Positions 1 to 16,873 of a stretch of 64,000 nucleotides of DNA are shown in pieces. Position 1 is the stretch's first letter. The number at the start of each line of letters is the position of its first letter. The position numbers were made by a program, and so were the translations under genes. Origin of the DNA: the human T2T-CHM13v2.0 reference genome, Homo sapiens; assembly GCF_009914755.1 (NCBI RefSeq), contig NC_060937.1; one strand, 5' to 3'. The notes under the pieces were generated by a model. The model worked only from the letters and a program-made list of their open reading frames with translations, ran no database searches and was not told the DNA's origin.

Positions 1-19
1 GCCACTACACTGGCTGGCT

Positions 20-340
20 CTGTCTTTTTCATGCAGCCCATTGATCTCTGATAGCTTCCTTGCTTTTTGGCCCATGAAACCAGAATCATTTTATACTTTC
101 TCTGGCTAGATCTGGAGACAGTCATTTCTCCAAAAGCCCTGGTTCCTAGGTGAGGAACAATATTACACTTACTATACAAAATCGCTGACATTCAGCCATC
201 TTTGACATACAAAAATAGTAATCTTTGTAGTAATGTTTCAACCTAAAACAAGAAACCAAGGCCCAGATTCTAAGCATGCTCCTTACCACAGTCATGTCAC
301 TATGTCTAGCTCTTTCAGTGGATGGAGCTAGGAAATACAA
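20..340 (-). mobile_element. old L1 3'-region fragment (L1MC4/5-like)
   Basis: 'gcttccttgctttttgg...catttctccaaaagccctggttcc...cagtggatggagctaggaaatac' resembles the antisense 3' end of L1MC as I recall it; degraded. Confidence 0.5.
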
Positions 341-341
341 G

Positions 342-672
<331 letters not shown>

Positions 673-861
673 TGACATCAGTATTATCAACTCAACATGA
701 GAGGTTTGTTTTCTTCTTTAATGTTATATTTATATCTCGCTTTTCTTACCTTGAAAACCCTGGTTCATATTATATCAACAAATTTACCTATTTATTTTAT
801 CTTACAATATACGTTCATCTCAAAATTACTATAATATTACTACAATTAATAAAACTGAACA

Positions 862-1342
<481 letters not shown>

Positions 1343-1649
1343 TCACTCTGAAATTTATATGAAAGAATAAGGGTGTGCAAGTAGCAAGTTACATTTGAAA
1401 ACGAAGAGAGAGACAGAGAGCATATTAATATATCAGATTTTCCAGTTACCGTTACTGTGTAAAGAATTACCCAAAGGCTTTCCTGTGTGAAATACAAGGT
1501 GGAAAAGTTCAGTTTTATTCATCAATGGCTTATGATAAAGACATGTCTGATAGGCAGACAAGTCAGCTTGTTTGTTTCAAAGGGTAGATAGGAGATAATT
1601 ATTTTATCATATGAAATGTTGGAGGGGAAGTGATAGGAAAGTTTGCCTT

Positions 1650-1780
1650 ATCACACAATCCTCCTAACAATTTGATGAGGTAGGTACATTTATCTCTAGT
1701 TTACAGAAGGAGAAACTGGGAGAGATTAAGGACCTTGATCACAATTCAGACTCTTGGCCTGGCTGATTCCAGTGCCAAAT
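1650..1780 (-). mobile_element. MIR fragment
   Basis: 'aatcctcctaacaatttgatgaggtaggt...tttacagaaggagaaactg' is the antisense MIR core. Confidence 0.6.
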
Positions 1781-2469
1781 AATGTATATTTTACCCCAAA
1801 CAAGGCAATCTACATACCTGCATTGACCGTTCAACGCATTGACCTTTCAACCGGCCCCACTCTGCTGTCAGGTGCACTGGGCTGTGAGCTGAACTAGGCA
1901 TGCTCAGGGGCTAGGCTGTTACCCCTCAGGGCTTCTGTGTCTCTCTAGTCATGCTGTGTACTGGGGTCCACCAGCTTGACAAGCAGCAAGCAGAAATGAA
2001 TGCACCACGCAGCAAACCCACATTGGTCTCTCTGTAGTTAAAGGACCCAGGAACCCAGAGAACAACCACCTGCACTTGTGCCTGGGAGGAAGGTGGCTGA
2101 TGAGTGACAAGGTACAGCTGAGCCAGTTTCCCCGGTGGAGAGGAGGACAGGAGTAATCACTGCCCCATCTGGGGGAAATGCAGCATTTCCAGCCATGAGG
2201 TACCAGCCTCACTCAGACTTTAAGGCTGAAGGAGAGTGAAGTGAATGGAGGTGGAAACACACTAGAGGAAATTTTGCTTTCTGTCTTCTCTTAGCTGAGA
2301 AGGTACTAGCTGCTGGCTTTCCTACTGCAATTGATGTATGACTATACAATGCTTTGACTGAATTTTTTTAATGCACACACCAAACATGTGTTCACTCAAT
2401 ACACATGTATTGTGAGTCTACTCCCTGTTAGTCAAAAGAGAAAAAAACATTACCTGAAACATAGTGGTG

Positions 2470-3035
2470 ATGAACTCCCATGTTCATTGCAACCATATTC
2501 ACAATAGCCAAGATATGGAATCGGCCTATGTTCATGAATGAGTAGGTAAAGGAATTTTTATATACATATAATAGAATACTACTCAGCCATGAAAAAGAAT
2601 GGAATCCTATCATTTGTGACAAAAAAGATGAACCCAAAGGACACTATGCTAAGTGAAATAAGCCAGACATGGAAAGACAAATACTGCATAATCTCACTTA
2701 TATGTGGAAACCTTTTTTTTAAAAAAAAAATCAAATATATAGAAGCAGAGAGTAGAATGGCGGTTACCAGGAATGGGGGAATCGGCAAGAAGCAGGTCAA
2801 AGAATCCTAAGTTATAGCTATGTAGGATGAGTCAGTCTAGAGGTCTAAAGCACAGCGTGAGGACTATGGTTAATTTGCATTGTAGACTGAAAATTTGCAG
2901 ACAGAAGATTTTAGGTACTCTTACTACCAACAAAAAAAGGTAACTATGTGATAGATATGTTAATTGCTTGACTGTAATCACTTCAATGTGCATTTTAAAC
3001 ATCATATCGTACAACTTAAATTTATACAATAAAAA
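2470..3035 (+). mobile_element. L1MA-type 3' end
   Basis: 'catgttcattgc...ttcacaatagccaagatatggaa...gaatactactcagccatgaaaaagaatggaatcct...atgctaagtgaaataagccag', ending 'aatttatacaataaaa'. Confidence 0.85.
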
Positions 3036-3189
3036 GATAGAGGGCAAAAATGGTAAATAAATAGGTGAAAGTCTCCTCAAAATCTTGAAACAGGCTCAAA
3101 CTCCCCTGTTCCCATCCCTTCCCCACACCTCATGAGTCACTCAGGGCCATGTGGCAAGATTACTAAGCCTAATTAAGTAATGCAGCTGA

Positions 3190-4400
<1,211 letters not shown>

Positions 4401-5612
4401 CATCAGAGCCTAATGCCAGGGAGTTGACAGGAGCTTGAAAAATGCTCCTTAATATAAAAAGAACACGATAAAAATATTGAAGACTGCATTACTGGTATCT
4501 GGATTCCATTCTTTTCCATGAAACTAAAGATTCTTCTAAAGTCATATTCAATTGCAGCCCTAATAGTTACCACCTCAACAATGCTAGGATGTCAAGACAA
4601 AATCGCAGTGGCTCCAGATAAAAACCACCCGCCCAGGATGGAATACAGCATTTGGGAAATGCTGGCTGGTTTGTGCGGTAGCCACACATAGAGGCTGAGA
4701 GCTCCATCATCCACCACCACACCGCGGGCGCACAGATGGCGGCCACGCTCCCAGCTTTTCTCTCACAGCTTTCTTGCGCCAAGGACAGCACCTGCTGCCC
4801 TCAGAGTGCACCAGGCCAGAGTGCAAGGCTGCCGACCTCTTCTTCCATGAGGAGCCTTCCTCGCTGACTCACTTCCCATAACCAGCCCCTCTCATAAGAA
4901 AGCACTTCCAAACGGCCATTTGAATTAGGGCAGTTCTACACACTGCCCATTTGAGGATAGAGAAAAAAGTCAGTGTGGATGGATTGGTCTCCAGAGTCCC
5001 ATGATGGTCACAGCAGCAAGGAGGGCAACAGAGAGGAAGACAGAGCAAGAGGGAGAGTAGCACTGCCCTAGGGAGAGAGTCGGAGACATCGGGAGAGGGC
5101 AGAGAGGGAGAACCCACGTGCACCGAGTGCGCTCTGCATGCTGGCCCGCTCCCCTCCCAGCACTGGGAGCCTCCCCCACGGGCCCTGCGCCCTGGCCGGG
5201 AAAGCCTGGGAAACACAAGTGAGGGGATTGGGCAGATGAGGGACGGATTCCAGGACCTCAGCAAAGTGGGCTAGGCCCGAACTGTGTGTGGGAGTCTCCT
5301 TCCTACCCCAGGCCCCCCAGCGAGGCTCCACAGAGAGGGGACTTGAGGAGGTGGAAACAAGGTGGGCCCTTCCTCACCTCCGCCACTCTGCTCCCCAATT
5401 TCAGAATTCACAGATCTGCCGCTTTGGGCGGCCTGGGGGCCGTCACTACGAAATCCCCCTGGGTGCCCCCGCCAGCTCCAGGACCTGCTGGAAGGAGCCA
5501 GGGGGAGCCTGCGGGAAGAGGCCCAAACAGAGCAAAATCACTTGGCAATACAAGCGCCTGATGACCAGATAGGGCTGGCCACTCACCTCCACACCATGCC
5601 GCGGGGCACTAA

Positions 5613-5965
<353 letters not shown>

Positions 5966-6431
5966 GGGAGGTTTTATGATGTAACATTTAGAAGTCAAGA
6001 TATAAAATCATATTATAGTCACATTCGCACATAAATATAAACAAGAAAAGTAGTTTTCTTTGTGTAGTGACTTTTTAAAAATGTGTATTCTATAATTTAC
6101 ATGTGATCTGTATGATAAATAATAAAAATTTTAATATCTATATATTAACTATTAAAATATATACCTCAAAATGATTAGAAAAAAATATAAAATGTAAACA
6201 ATGGCTGCCTCTGGATAGGAGAGTTAAAGGTATTTTTTATTTCTTGCTGTATAATCTTCATTTTTCAAATTTTCTAAAATAATATTAATAACAACAATAA
6301 TATTAATAGCAACCTCCCATTCAACATTTGCTATGTGCCAACCACTATCTAAACACTTAAATTACAGTAATTAATTCTAACCAAACAATCACCCTAAAAG
6401 GTGTTCACTAAAAAAAAAATCACAAGATTGG

Positions 6432-6656
6432 GGCCAGGCTTGGTGGCTCACGCTTGTAATCCCAGCACTTTAGGAGGCCGAGGTGGGCAGATTGCCTGAT
6501 TTCAGGAGTTCAAGACCAGCGTGGGCAACACAGTGAAATCCCGTCTCTATTAAAATACAAAAAAGTAGCCGGGTGTGGTGGCATGCACCTGTATTCCCAG
6601 CTACTCGGGAGGCTGAGGCAGGAGAATCGCTTGAACCTGGGAGGCAGAGGTTGCAG
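6432..6656 (+). mobile_element. Alu (AluS), 3'-truncated
   Basis: Left arm plus part of right arm; ends abruptly at 'ggttgcag' with no tail. Confidence 0.9.
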
Positions 6657-6782
6657 CAAAGTCTTGTGCTCTCACAAAGTCAGCACACAAAAATCAGCTG
6701 TATTTCTATACACCATCAGTGAAAAATCAAAAAAAAATAGGAAAGCAAGTTGAATCCCATCAGCATCTAAAAGAATTAAATG
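6654..6782 (+). mobile_element. L1 ORF2 fragment
   Basis: 'cagcaaagt...cacacaaaaatcagctgtatttctatacacc' is an L1 RT-region motif. Confidence 0.7.
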
Positions 6783-6784
6783 GG

Positions 6785-7011
6785 GGCCAGGTGCAGTGGT
6801 TCATGCCTGTAATCACAGCACTTTGGGAGGCTGAGGCAGGCTGATCACTTGAGTCCAGGAGTTTGAGACCAGCCTGGCCAACATGGTGAAACCCTGTCTC
6901 TACTGAAAATACAAAAATTAGCTGGGTATGGTGATGTGCGCCTGTAGTCCCAGCTACTTGGGTGGCTGAGGCACAAGAATCGCTTGAACCCAGGAGGTGG
7001 AGGTTGCAGTG
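6785..7011 (+). mobile_element. Alu (AluS), 3'-truncated
   Basis: Ends at 'ggttgcagtg' and is fused directly to an LTR. Confidence 0.9.
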
Positions 7012-7567
7012 CGCAGCCTCCCTAAACTGGCCAGAATCAGTCCACAGTCAGTGATCTTCTCAGGAGAAAGTTACAGAAGTTAGTCTCTTGTCCAATCAAA
7101 GCTGTAGTTATGGCTGGTGGCACAGGGGCTGAGGGTCAGTTTGTCAGCATCTGATGACTGGTAGGCTGAAAATTGTTTTATTATTGCTTATCTCAAGACC
7201 AGCACTTGTTTAGCTGCTAGAGAAAAATAAAACCCTTGTGGCAGCAAGGGCATAGTTTATTGCTGAAGCGCAGGCGTGTGTGACTTAACCCTTGCCTGGC
7301 ATGGCTTTAGGTCTTATTTATAGTCTGGTATCTTATTGCCACCATCTGTTCTGTCAGCTTTATGATCTCTACTTTAACATGAATGCCCGTCAGTTGTGTC
7401 TAAACTGCAAAAGGGAGCAGGTATAATGAGGCGTGTCTGACCTCTCATCCCATCATGACTGGGAACTCAGTTTTCAAGCTTTTTCTGGGGTCCCCTTGGC
7501 TAAGACGGGGGGTCTGTTCAGCCAGTGCGGGGAGTGAGAGGGCTTAGGATTTTATGTTTAGTTTACA
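7008..7567 (-). mobile_element. ERV1 solo LTR (MER72/MER4-group-like), one end truncated
   Basis: Minus strand begins TGTAAACTAAACATAAAATCCTAAGCCC and continues '...AAGGGGACCCCAGAAAAAGCTTGAAAACTGAGTTCCC', typical of MER4-group LTRs; subfamily from memory. Confidence 0.75.
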
Positions 7568-7676
7568 AAGGTAAGGGTGCTCAGATCCCCATTTCAGAGT
7601 TGAGGAAACAAGAGTATGGAAAAGTGAAGTAACTTGCCCAGTGTCACAGACCAGTAAAGTGGCTGAGTCTATTCTT

Positions 7677-8193
7677 TTTTAAAAAACTAGTAACCAATTT
7701 ATTAAAATAGTTGACTTAAGCATCTGCAATGATGGCATCCACCTCAACTCCTGGCTCAATATTAATGGAAGTAATCTGCTTAACAATCTCAGAAAGGCTC
7801 TGCAAGTCAATGAGTCGCTTGTGGATTCTCATCCGAAAACAATCCCACGTCTTAGAACCTTCATCACAAGGAGTTTTTCTTATAGTGATTCTCAAAGTCT
7901 TGGTAGGCATCCGAACCAGTCCTTTCACTTTGGGATTCTTTTCCTTTGCTCCTCTGACCAAGTCAGCACACATCTTCTCCAGGGATTTTATGTGGCGGCC
8001 CATTAGAGTGATTAGAATTCAGTGAATCACCACCTCCAGCTCCATGGGTGATTTTCTGGGTCTTTAAAAGCCATGGCTGCAGCGTGGCCCCTGACGGACT
8101 CGTTCCTTGGTGAGAGCCAACAGTGGTGAATTGGGAGCAGAAGCGGGCGGACCACAGCTCCACAGCACCTGCCACCGTGTCTTCCTCAAAAAG
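7677..8193 (-). pseudogene. RPS20: processed pseudogene of ribosomal protein S20 (uS10)
   Basis: Intronless copy of the mRNA from the 5'TOP (CTTTTTGAGGAAGAC, starting 8193) through ATG (8074), stop (7716-7718), AATAAA (7698-7703) and a short A tail. The CDS span is 359 nt rather than 360 (1-bp deletion near codon 6), and codon 19 is CGA>TGA. Downstream frame reads [23 protein letters not shown]...[17 protein letters not shown]...[13 protein letters not shown] ctattctt at 7669-7676 and 8194-8201, with a TT/AAGAA L1 endonuclease site. Confidence 0.97.
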
Positions 8194-8213
8194 CTATTCT
8201 TAAGATTTTTTAG

Positions 8214-8523
<310 letters not shown>

Positions 8524-8559
8524 TTAAAATAAGATGTGGGTGTGAGGGTTGGTCATGAT

Positions 8560-8780
8560 GATTAACTGTGAAGGTCAAGTCTCTGCCCACCAGGCTGTTT
8601 CCATCAACCACGCTCAGATGAGTGGCCTTGGGCAAGTTATTTAACCTCTCTGAGACCTGTTTCATAATCTGTAAAAATCACAAGAAAACCAACATTGGGT
8701 TGTTGGGGAGATTAAACGAAGTAAAGCTCTTCTCCCAGTGCCTGTTTCAAAGTGAACTCCGGGTGAATGGCAGCTACAGG
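8560..8780 (+). mobile_element. MIR
   Basis: 'ccttgggcaagttatttaacctctctgagacctgtttcataatctgtaaaa' MIR core. Confidence 0.75.
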
Positions 8781-8881
8781 GTAGTACTATTGCCCTTGTC
8801 ATGCTGTGACCTCTGCTGCAGTGGTGAGGTTTGGGGAGCGTGTGGCATTCACCGGGTGAGTTGGGAACACCATTGCATGAG

Positions 8882-9098
8882 CAGAAGTTGGCAAACTACT
8901 AGGTGAAACTTAGCTGTGGCTTGTTTTGTAAATAAAGTTTTCCTGGAACACAGCCAGGCCCATTGGTTTATGTACGGTCGGTCGATGGCTGCTTTTGCAC
9001 CAAACAGCAGTGGAGTGGTTGTGACAGAGGCCGTATGGCCCGCAAAGCCTAAAATATTTACTATCTGTCCCTTTACTGAAAATATCTGCCAACCCTGC
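8882..9098. mobile_element. MER58A-like hAT-Charlie MITE
   Basis: TIRs 'cagaagttggcaaact' / 'tctgccaaccctg'; internal 'tttgtaaataaagttttcctggaacacagcca' and 'atggcccgcaaagcctaaaatatttactatctg'. Confidence 0.85.
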
Positions 9099-9265
9099 AA
9101 ATACAGTGGCCAGACCAGGCTTCACCTGAAACACGAAGGAGACCAGGGTGGTCAGCACTCCGCAGACCATTCCAAAGAAGCACCGGTTTCCCTAGGTCCT
9201 GGAAAATTCCCCTCCCCCACGATCTCCTCCAGGATTCCTCTGGCTGCCTGCGGTGCAGCAGGGCC

Positions 9266-9666
9266 TTTCTTTCTTTTTCTTTTCTTTTCTCCTTCTTTCT
9301 CCTTCCTTCCTTCCTTCCTTCCTTCTTTCTTTCTTTCTTTTTCTTTCTTTCTTTCATTCTTCCTTTCTTTCTTTCTTTTTTGACAGAGTTCTGCTCTTGT
9401 TGCCCAGGCTGGAGAGCAATGGTGCAATCTTGGCTCACCACAACCCCTGCCTCCTGGATTAAAGCGATTCTCCTGCCTCAGCCTCCTGAGTAGCTGGGAT
9501 TACAGGCATGCACCACCACGCCTGGCTAATTTTTTGTATTTTTTTTAGTAGAGATGGGGTTTCTCCATGTTGGTCAGGCTGGTCTCGACCCCCTGACCCC
9601 AGGTGATCTGCCCACCTTGGCCTCCCAAAGTGCTGGGATTACAGGCGTGAGCCACCATGTCCGGCC
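9266..9666 (-). mobile_element. Alu (AluSq/Sp-like) with (TTTC/TTCC)n tail
   Basis: Antisense dimer; ~115-bp pyrimidine microsatellite tail; TSD cagcagggcctt. Confidence 0.95.
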
Positions 9667-10063
9667 AGCAGGGCCTTCCTTTCTAACAGACTCTGGCTCA
9701 AGATTCTCTTCCTCACCAAGGTTTTCCAAGCACCCCTCAAATCCCACTACCTTCCACCTGTCCCATTCCCCAAATTCTGGAGGCACCACTTCCACCGGCA
9801 CACCCAGTATCTCAAAAATACCTACAAACCTGAAAGCACAGAAGAAAACCTTCCCAGGTAAGCAGTCATGTTGCACCTGTATACACCTGTGCACAGCTGA
9901 AGGCTGAGGGAAGCGTGAGAATGTGGGTCAATCTGCCAAGCAGGAAACAACCAGAAAGCTACTATTGACAGAGTGTGGCTGTCCGGGCCAAGCTTTTCTA
10001 ACACAAAAGCCATCAAGCATAGCAGCAGTAAGGAAAAAAAGGCAGAGAGAAAAGAGGAAAGTT

Positions 10064-10584
<521 letters not shown>

Positions 10585-10710
10585 TCATGGAGAAGATGTG
10601 AGGGCACGAGGCAAAGTTGCTTTTTGTATTCTAGAATAATTCAAAGGAAATCTGAAATCTGAAATCAGTTTTAGAAAGGTGTTCATAAAAATGTTTAATG
10701 TCATCTAAAA

Positions 10711-11310
<600 letters not shown>

Positions 11311-11994
11311 TTAAACTCAATCCAGGACAGGCATTTCCTCTCCTGGGAATGATTTTTCCTTTCCTGGATCTGCCTGATGACGCTTGCGTTAAGCTCCCTC
11401 TGGAAACTTCCCTGACTCTTCTAGCGAGTGGAGTTTAACTCCATTCTAGCATGGACCACACTAGTTACAATGATGCGTTTTTGTGTTTTTCTCCTTAACT
11501 AGATCAATGCTCCCTAGCTGGAAACCAAGGGGCTGCATCCTACTCCTCATGGCCTCGCTAGGTAAGACTGTGTTGGCTGCGTGACCTGTGATGAAGCTGA
11601 GGCTCAGAGAGGTGCTTAGGTTCCCAAGAGCACCCTGCTGGGAACTAAAGGGGCCTGGACGCAAACCCAGGATGATCCCAGGACTTGAGCTCATTCCACT
11701 CCTTTGTGCTGCTACCAAAATATGTTTAAAGAAAGTGCTTAGTATATTAAATGCTGGTGAATAAATAAATGAAGGGATGGGTGGGTGAGTGGATAAAGCC
11801 ATGTCTTTGTAAAGCCCTTCTTTGTTCATTGTCATCGGGCTGTATGGTTTAGTGGAAGGGACCCCACCCATTCCACCATCAATTATCTAACTAAATTTAT
11901 TAATATGGCCTCTGGGCCTCAGTGCCTTCATCTTTGAGAGGAGCAATAACACCGACCTCACAGGTCAGGGGTGAAGGTCAAGTGTGATAATTTA

Positions 11995-12384
<390 letters not shown>

Positions 12385-13406
12385 CTATAAAGTGCAAAAT
12401 AAATACACAGTCATATTAAGGCCAATGATTATTGTGAATTCTTTTCATGACATCTGAGCCATTCATCCATTTACTCATTCTTAAACGTCTATTAGGCTTT
12501 TGGCATTAGGGACACAAGAGTGTAGTTTCTGCCCTCAAGGAGCTCGCACTCTGATGAGAGAGACAGGAAAGCTAACAGGCAATTATAACACAGCTGGCAT
12601 GTGCTAACAGGAATCAGATAAGAATGAGTTCTTGCATTTTAGATGTGTGGAAACCTAAGTTCTCCCTTTTGCCAACCATAGTTCCCGGCTTTGTACTCAG
12701 TAGGTGCTCTACCCAATGGCTCTGGTCACCTCAGGCCAGGCTAAAGGTTCAGGGCATTTGGACATCTAGGAGCTGTGAGGAGGCAGCCCCCGGCCAGCTC
12801 TACAGATAGCACCTGCAGTGGTGAGTCAGTAGCTGCCACGTAGGCCTGGCCTGGCTCTGTGCACAGTGCCATGGGCTCTGCCTGTCACAGCAGCAGTGCT
12901 TAGGGAGGATTCATTTTGTCAGCCGGAGACGCAGTTGGTGAGGGGTCTGCACGGGAAAGCAGTGAACACATCCTCTTACACCGAGGTCCTGTTTACACTT
13001 CAATCTCCACTCTCCCTGGCTGCTCTGAGCTGAGCTCTCTTGCCCTGGGCCCTGACCAGCACTTGTCAGGAGGGGAGGGAGTGTGTTTGAACATCCACAG
13101 ATGTGTTTACATTTTGGAGACATTTACCAGCAGAAACAAGCCTCGGTACTCTGCCCAAGTTCCATGCGTTGACAGTAGCAACCACACAAATGTTGCTTTC
13201 AAAGGGCTTATTATTCCTGGTGATTATAATACTAACAGTGGCAGCCCTCTTGTTTGAGGCACATCCTACATGTTAGGGCCAAAGATAAGGCCACAACCCC
13301 ATGAACCAAGTGTTACTATCATCCTGACTCAACAGATAAACAAACAGACTTGGAATGATTAATTACATTACTTCCCTGAAGACACACAGTAGGAGGTAGA
13401 GCTGGG

Positions 13407-13666
13407 GTTTTTTTAGTTTGTTTTCTTGAGACAGAGTCTTGTTCTGTCACCAGGCTAGAGTGCAGTGGCACGATCATAGCTCACTGAAGCCTCCAACTCT
13501 GGGCTCAAGCAATCCTCCCTCATTTTTAAAATTTATGTCTATTTTTTTGTAGAGATGAGGTCTTGCTCTGTTGCCCAGGCTGGTCTCTAACTCCTGGCCT
13601 CAAGTGATTCTCCCGCCTCAGCCTCCCAAAGTATTGGGATTATAGGCGAGAGCTACTCTGCCTGGC
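13407..13666 (-). mobile_element. Alu (AluJ) inserted in a MIR
   Basis: 'cacgatcatagctcactgaagcctcc' J diagnostic; MIR sequence on both sides (13240-13400, 13670-13720). Confidence 0.9.
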
Positions 13667-13769
13667 CAAAACTGGGCTTTGATGCCATAGCCGGTGGGTT
13701 TAATCCACCTTCTATGTCAACGCCAGACCTTGTCCTTTATAAGCTAATTAGTCACAGTGATGCACCTGT

Positions 13770-14075
13770 TGCGTGCTGCACCCTCTGTCTAGAATGCTCT
13801 CCCTCCAATATCTGCATAGCTCCCTCTGGTGCCCTACCTGAAAGAGCACCTCTCGTCTAGCCTCCTTTGTCCCTTTTCATGCTTTACTTTTATTCACAGA
13901 ACTTACCCTTAGCTGACATCACATTATGTATCTATTATTTGTTTATTTTCAGTCTCTCCGTTAGACTATAAAGTCCTCGGGGGTGAGGGCTTTGTTTTGT
14001 TCACTGCTGAATCTCCAGCACCTACAAAATAGGGCCTGGGGCCCAGAAGGTGCTGCAAAAAGATTGGATGACTAA
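13770..14075 (+). mobile_element. L2 3' end
   Basis: 'ctctgtctagaatgctctccc...ttagactataaagtcctc...ttgttcactgctgaatctccagcaccta'. Confidence 0.75.
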
Positions 14076-15179
14076 AAGGATACATTTCATGCTAATGTGA
14101 ATCATGCAAAGTTGAGATGGTGCCACATAAAACATGAATAAAGCCTCACTTGGTTTGCAAAATCTGATAATTCAATGTTTCCAGGTTGTAAGAATTCATC
14201 AAAATCACACCATTTCAAAGCTGGTGGGAAGGTGATTATAAGTAGTGCATATGCTGTTATCCAAGGTGGCCCCGTTTTAGCTGAAATCCCTGGGCTTATC
14301 TCACCCTGAGCCAGGCTGTGCTTGAACCTCAGAAGCCCTTAGAGCAATCTGGATGATGAGTGTGCTATTATTTTATCATTCACTAACATTATAATTTAAA
14401 GTATTTTCAGAACCTATAAAAATGTCATCCAAGTATTCACTATGTGCAAGTGGTATAAACTTTGCTTGGAATCATTAACTTTGGAGCAGAAATTAGATGT
14501 GACCAAATATGCTATAAAAGAAGAACTTGAAACCTCACCCTGTTAATTTTGGAAAGAGGACTCTGCAAACTCTAAGGCAAAATATGCAATAATGGTTAAA
14601 GACGTATGTGTTTTAAGAAATCATTGCCTTGATACTTTGTGCTTATTTCTATGTTTTAATTTACTTCGTATATAATATGAATTCTGAGAGTCAAACATCA
14701 CCTCTAGAACATGACCACCTTGTACTACAGGGTTCGAGGCCCTCCCTTGTTTGCAGTTTCTGACTCTCCCCATAGCAGGTTTGCTGCTGGAGGGTAAACC
14801 CAGCCCAGACAGTCATAAGGGAGGTTCTCTGGCCGGTCAGCCCAGAGATCCAGAGGGCTGCTCCCCAATCATCCATTGCCAGCCCCTCGCCTTGTGTTTA
14901 TTCTCACCTTGGCTACTGGGGCTCCCATCAGCTACCCAGACTAAGCTCAGCAGACCTCTTGGGCAAAGACCTGCCCTTATGCAAATAAATGTCTATCCTA
15001 CACAACAGAACCATACATCAGGCTGGAAGTGCTGAATAGACCACGTCTTCTTCCTTTGTTCTGAAACTGCCAGCCATGGGCTTGTGCTAACCTTTAGCTA
15101 CCTCTTTTAACATAGAACAAACTGCCGCCCGATATGGAACAGCAGCTGACACAAATGCTAACTTCCCCTACCATCTGGG

Positions 15180-16873
<1,694 letters not shown>

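Noticed and set aside
7716-8003. 95-aa RPS20-like ORF as a functional gene
   Set aside because: Intronless with TSD and tail; a frameshift and TGA lie upstream; several conserved residues are substituted
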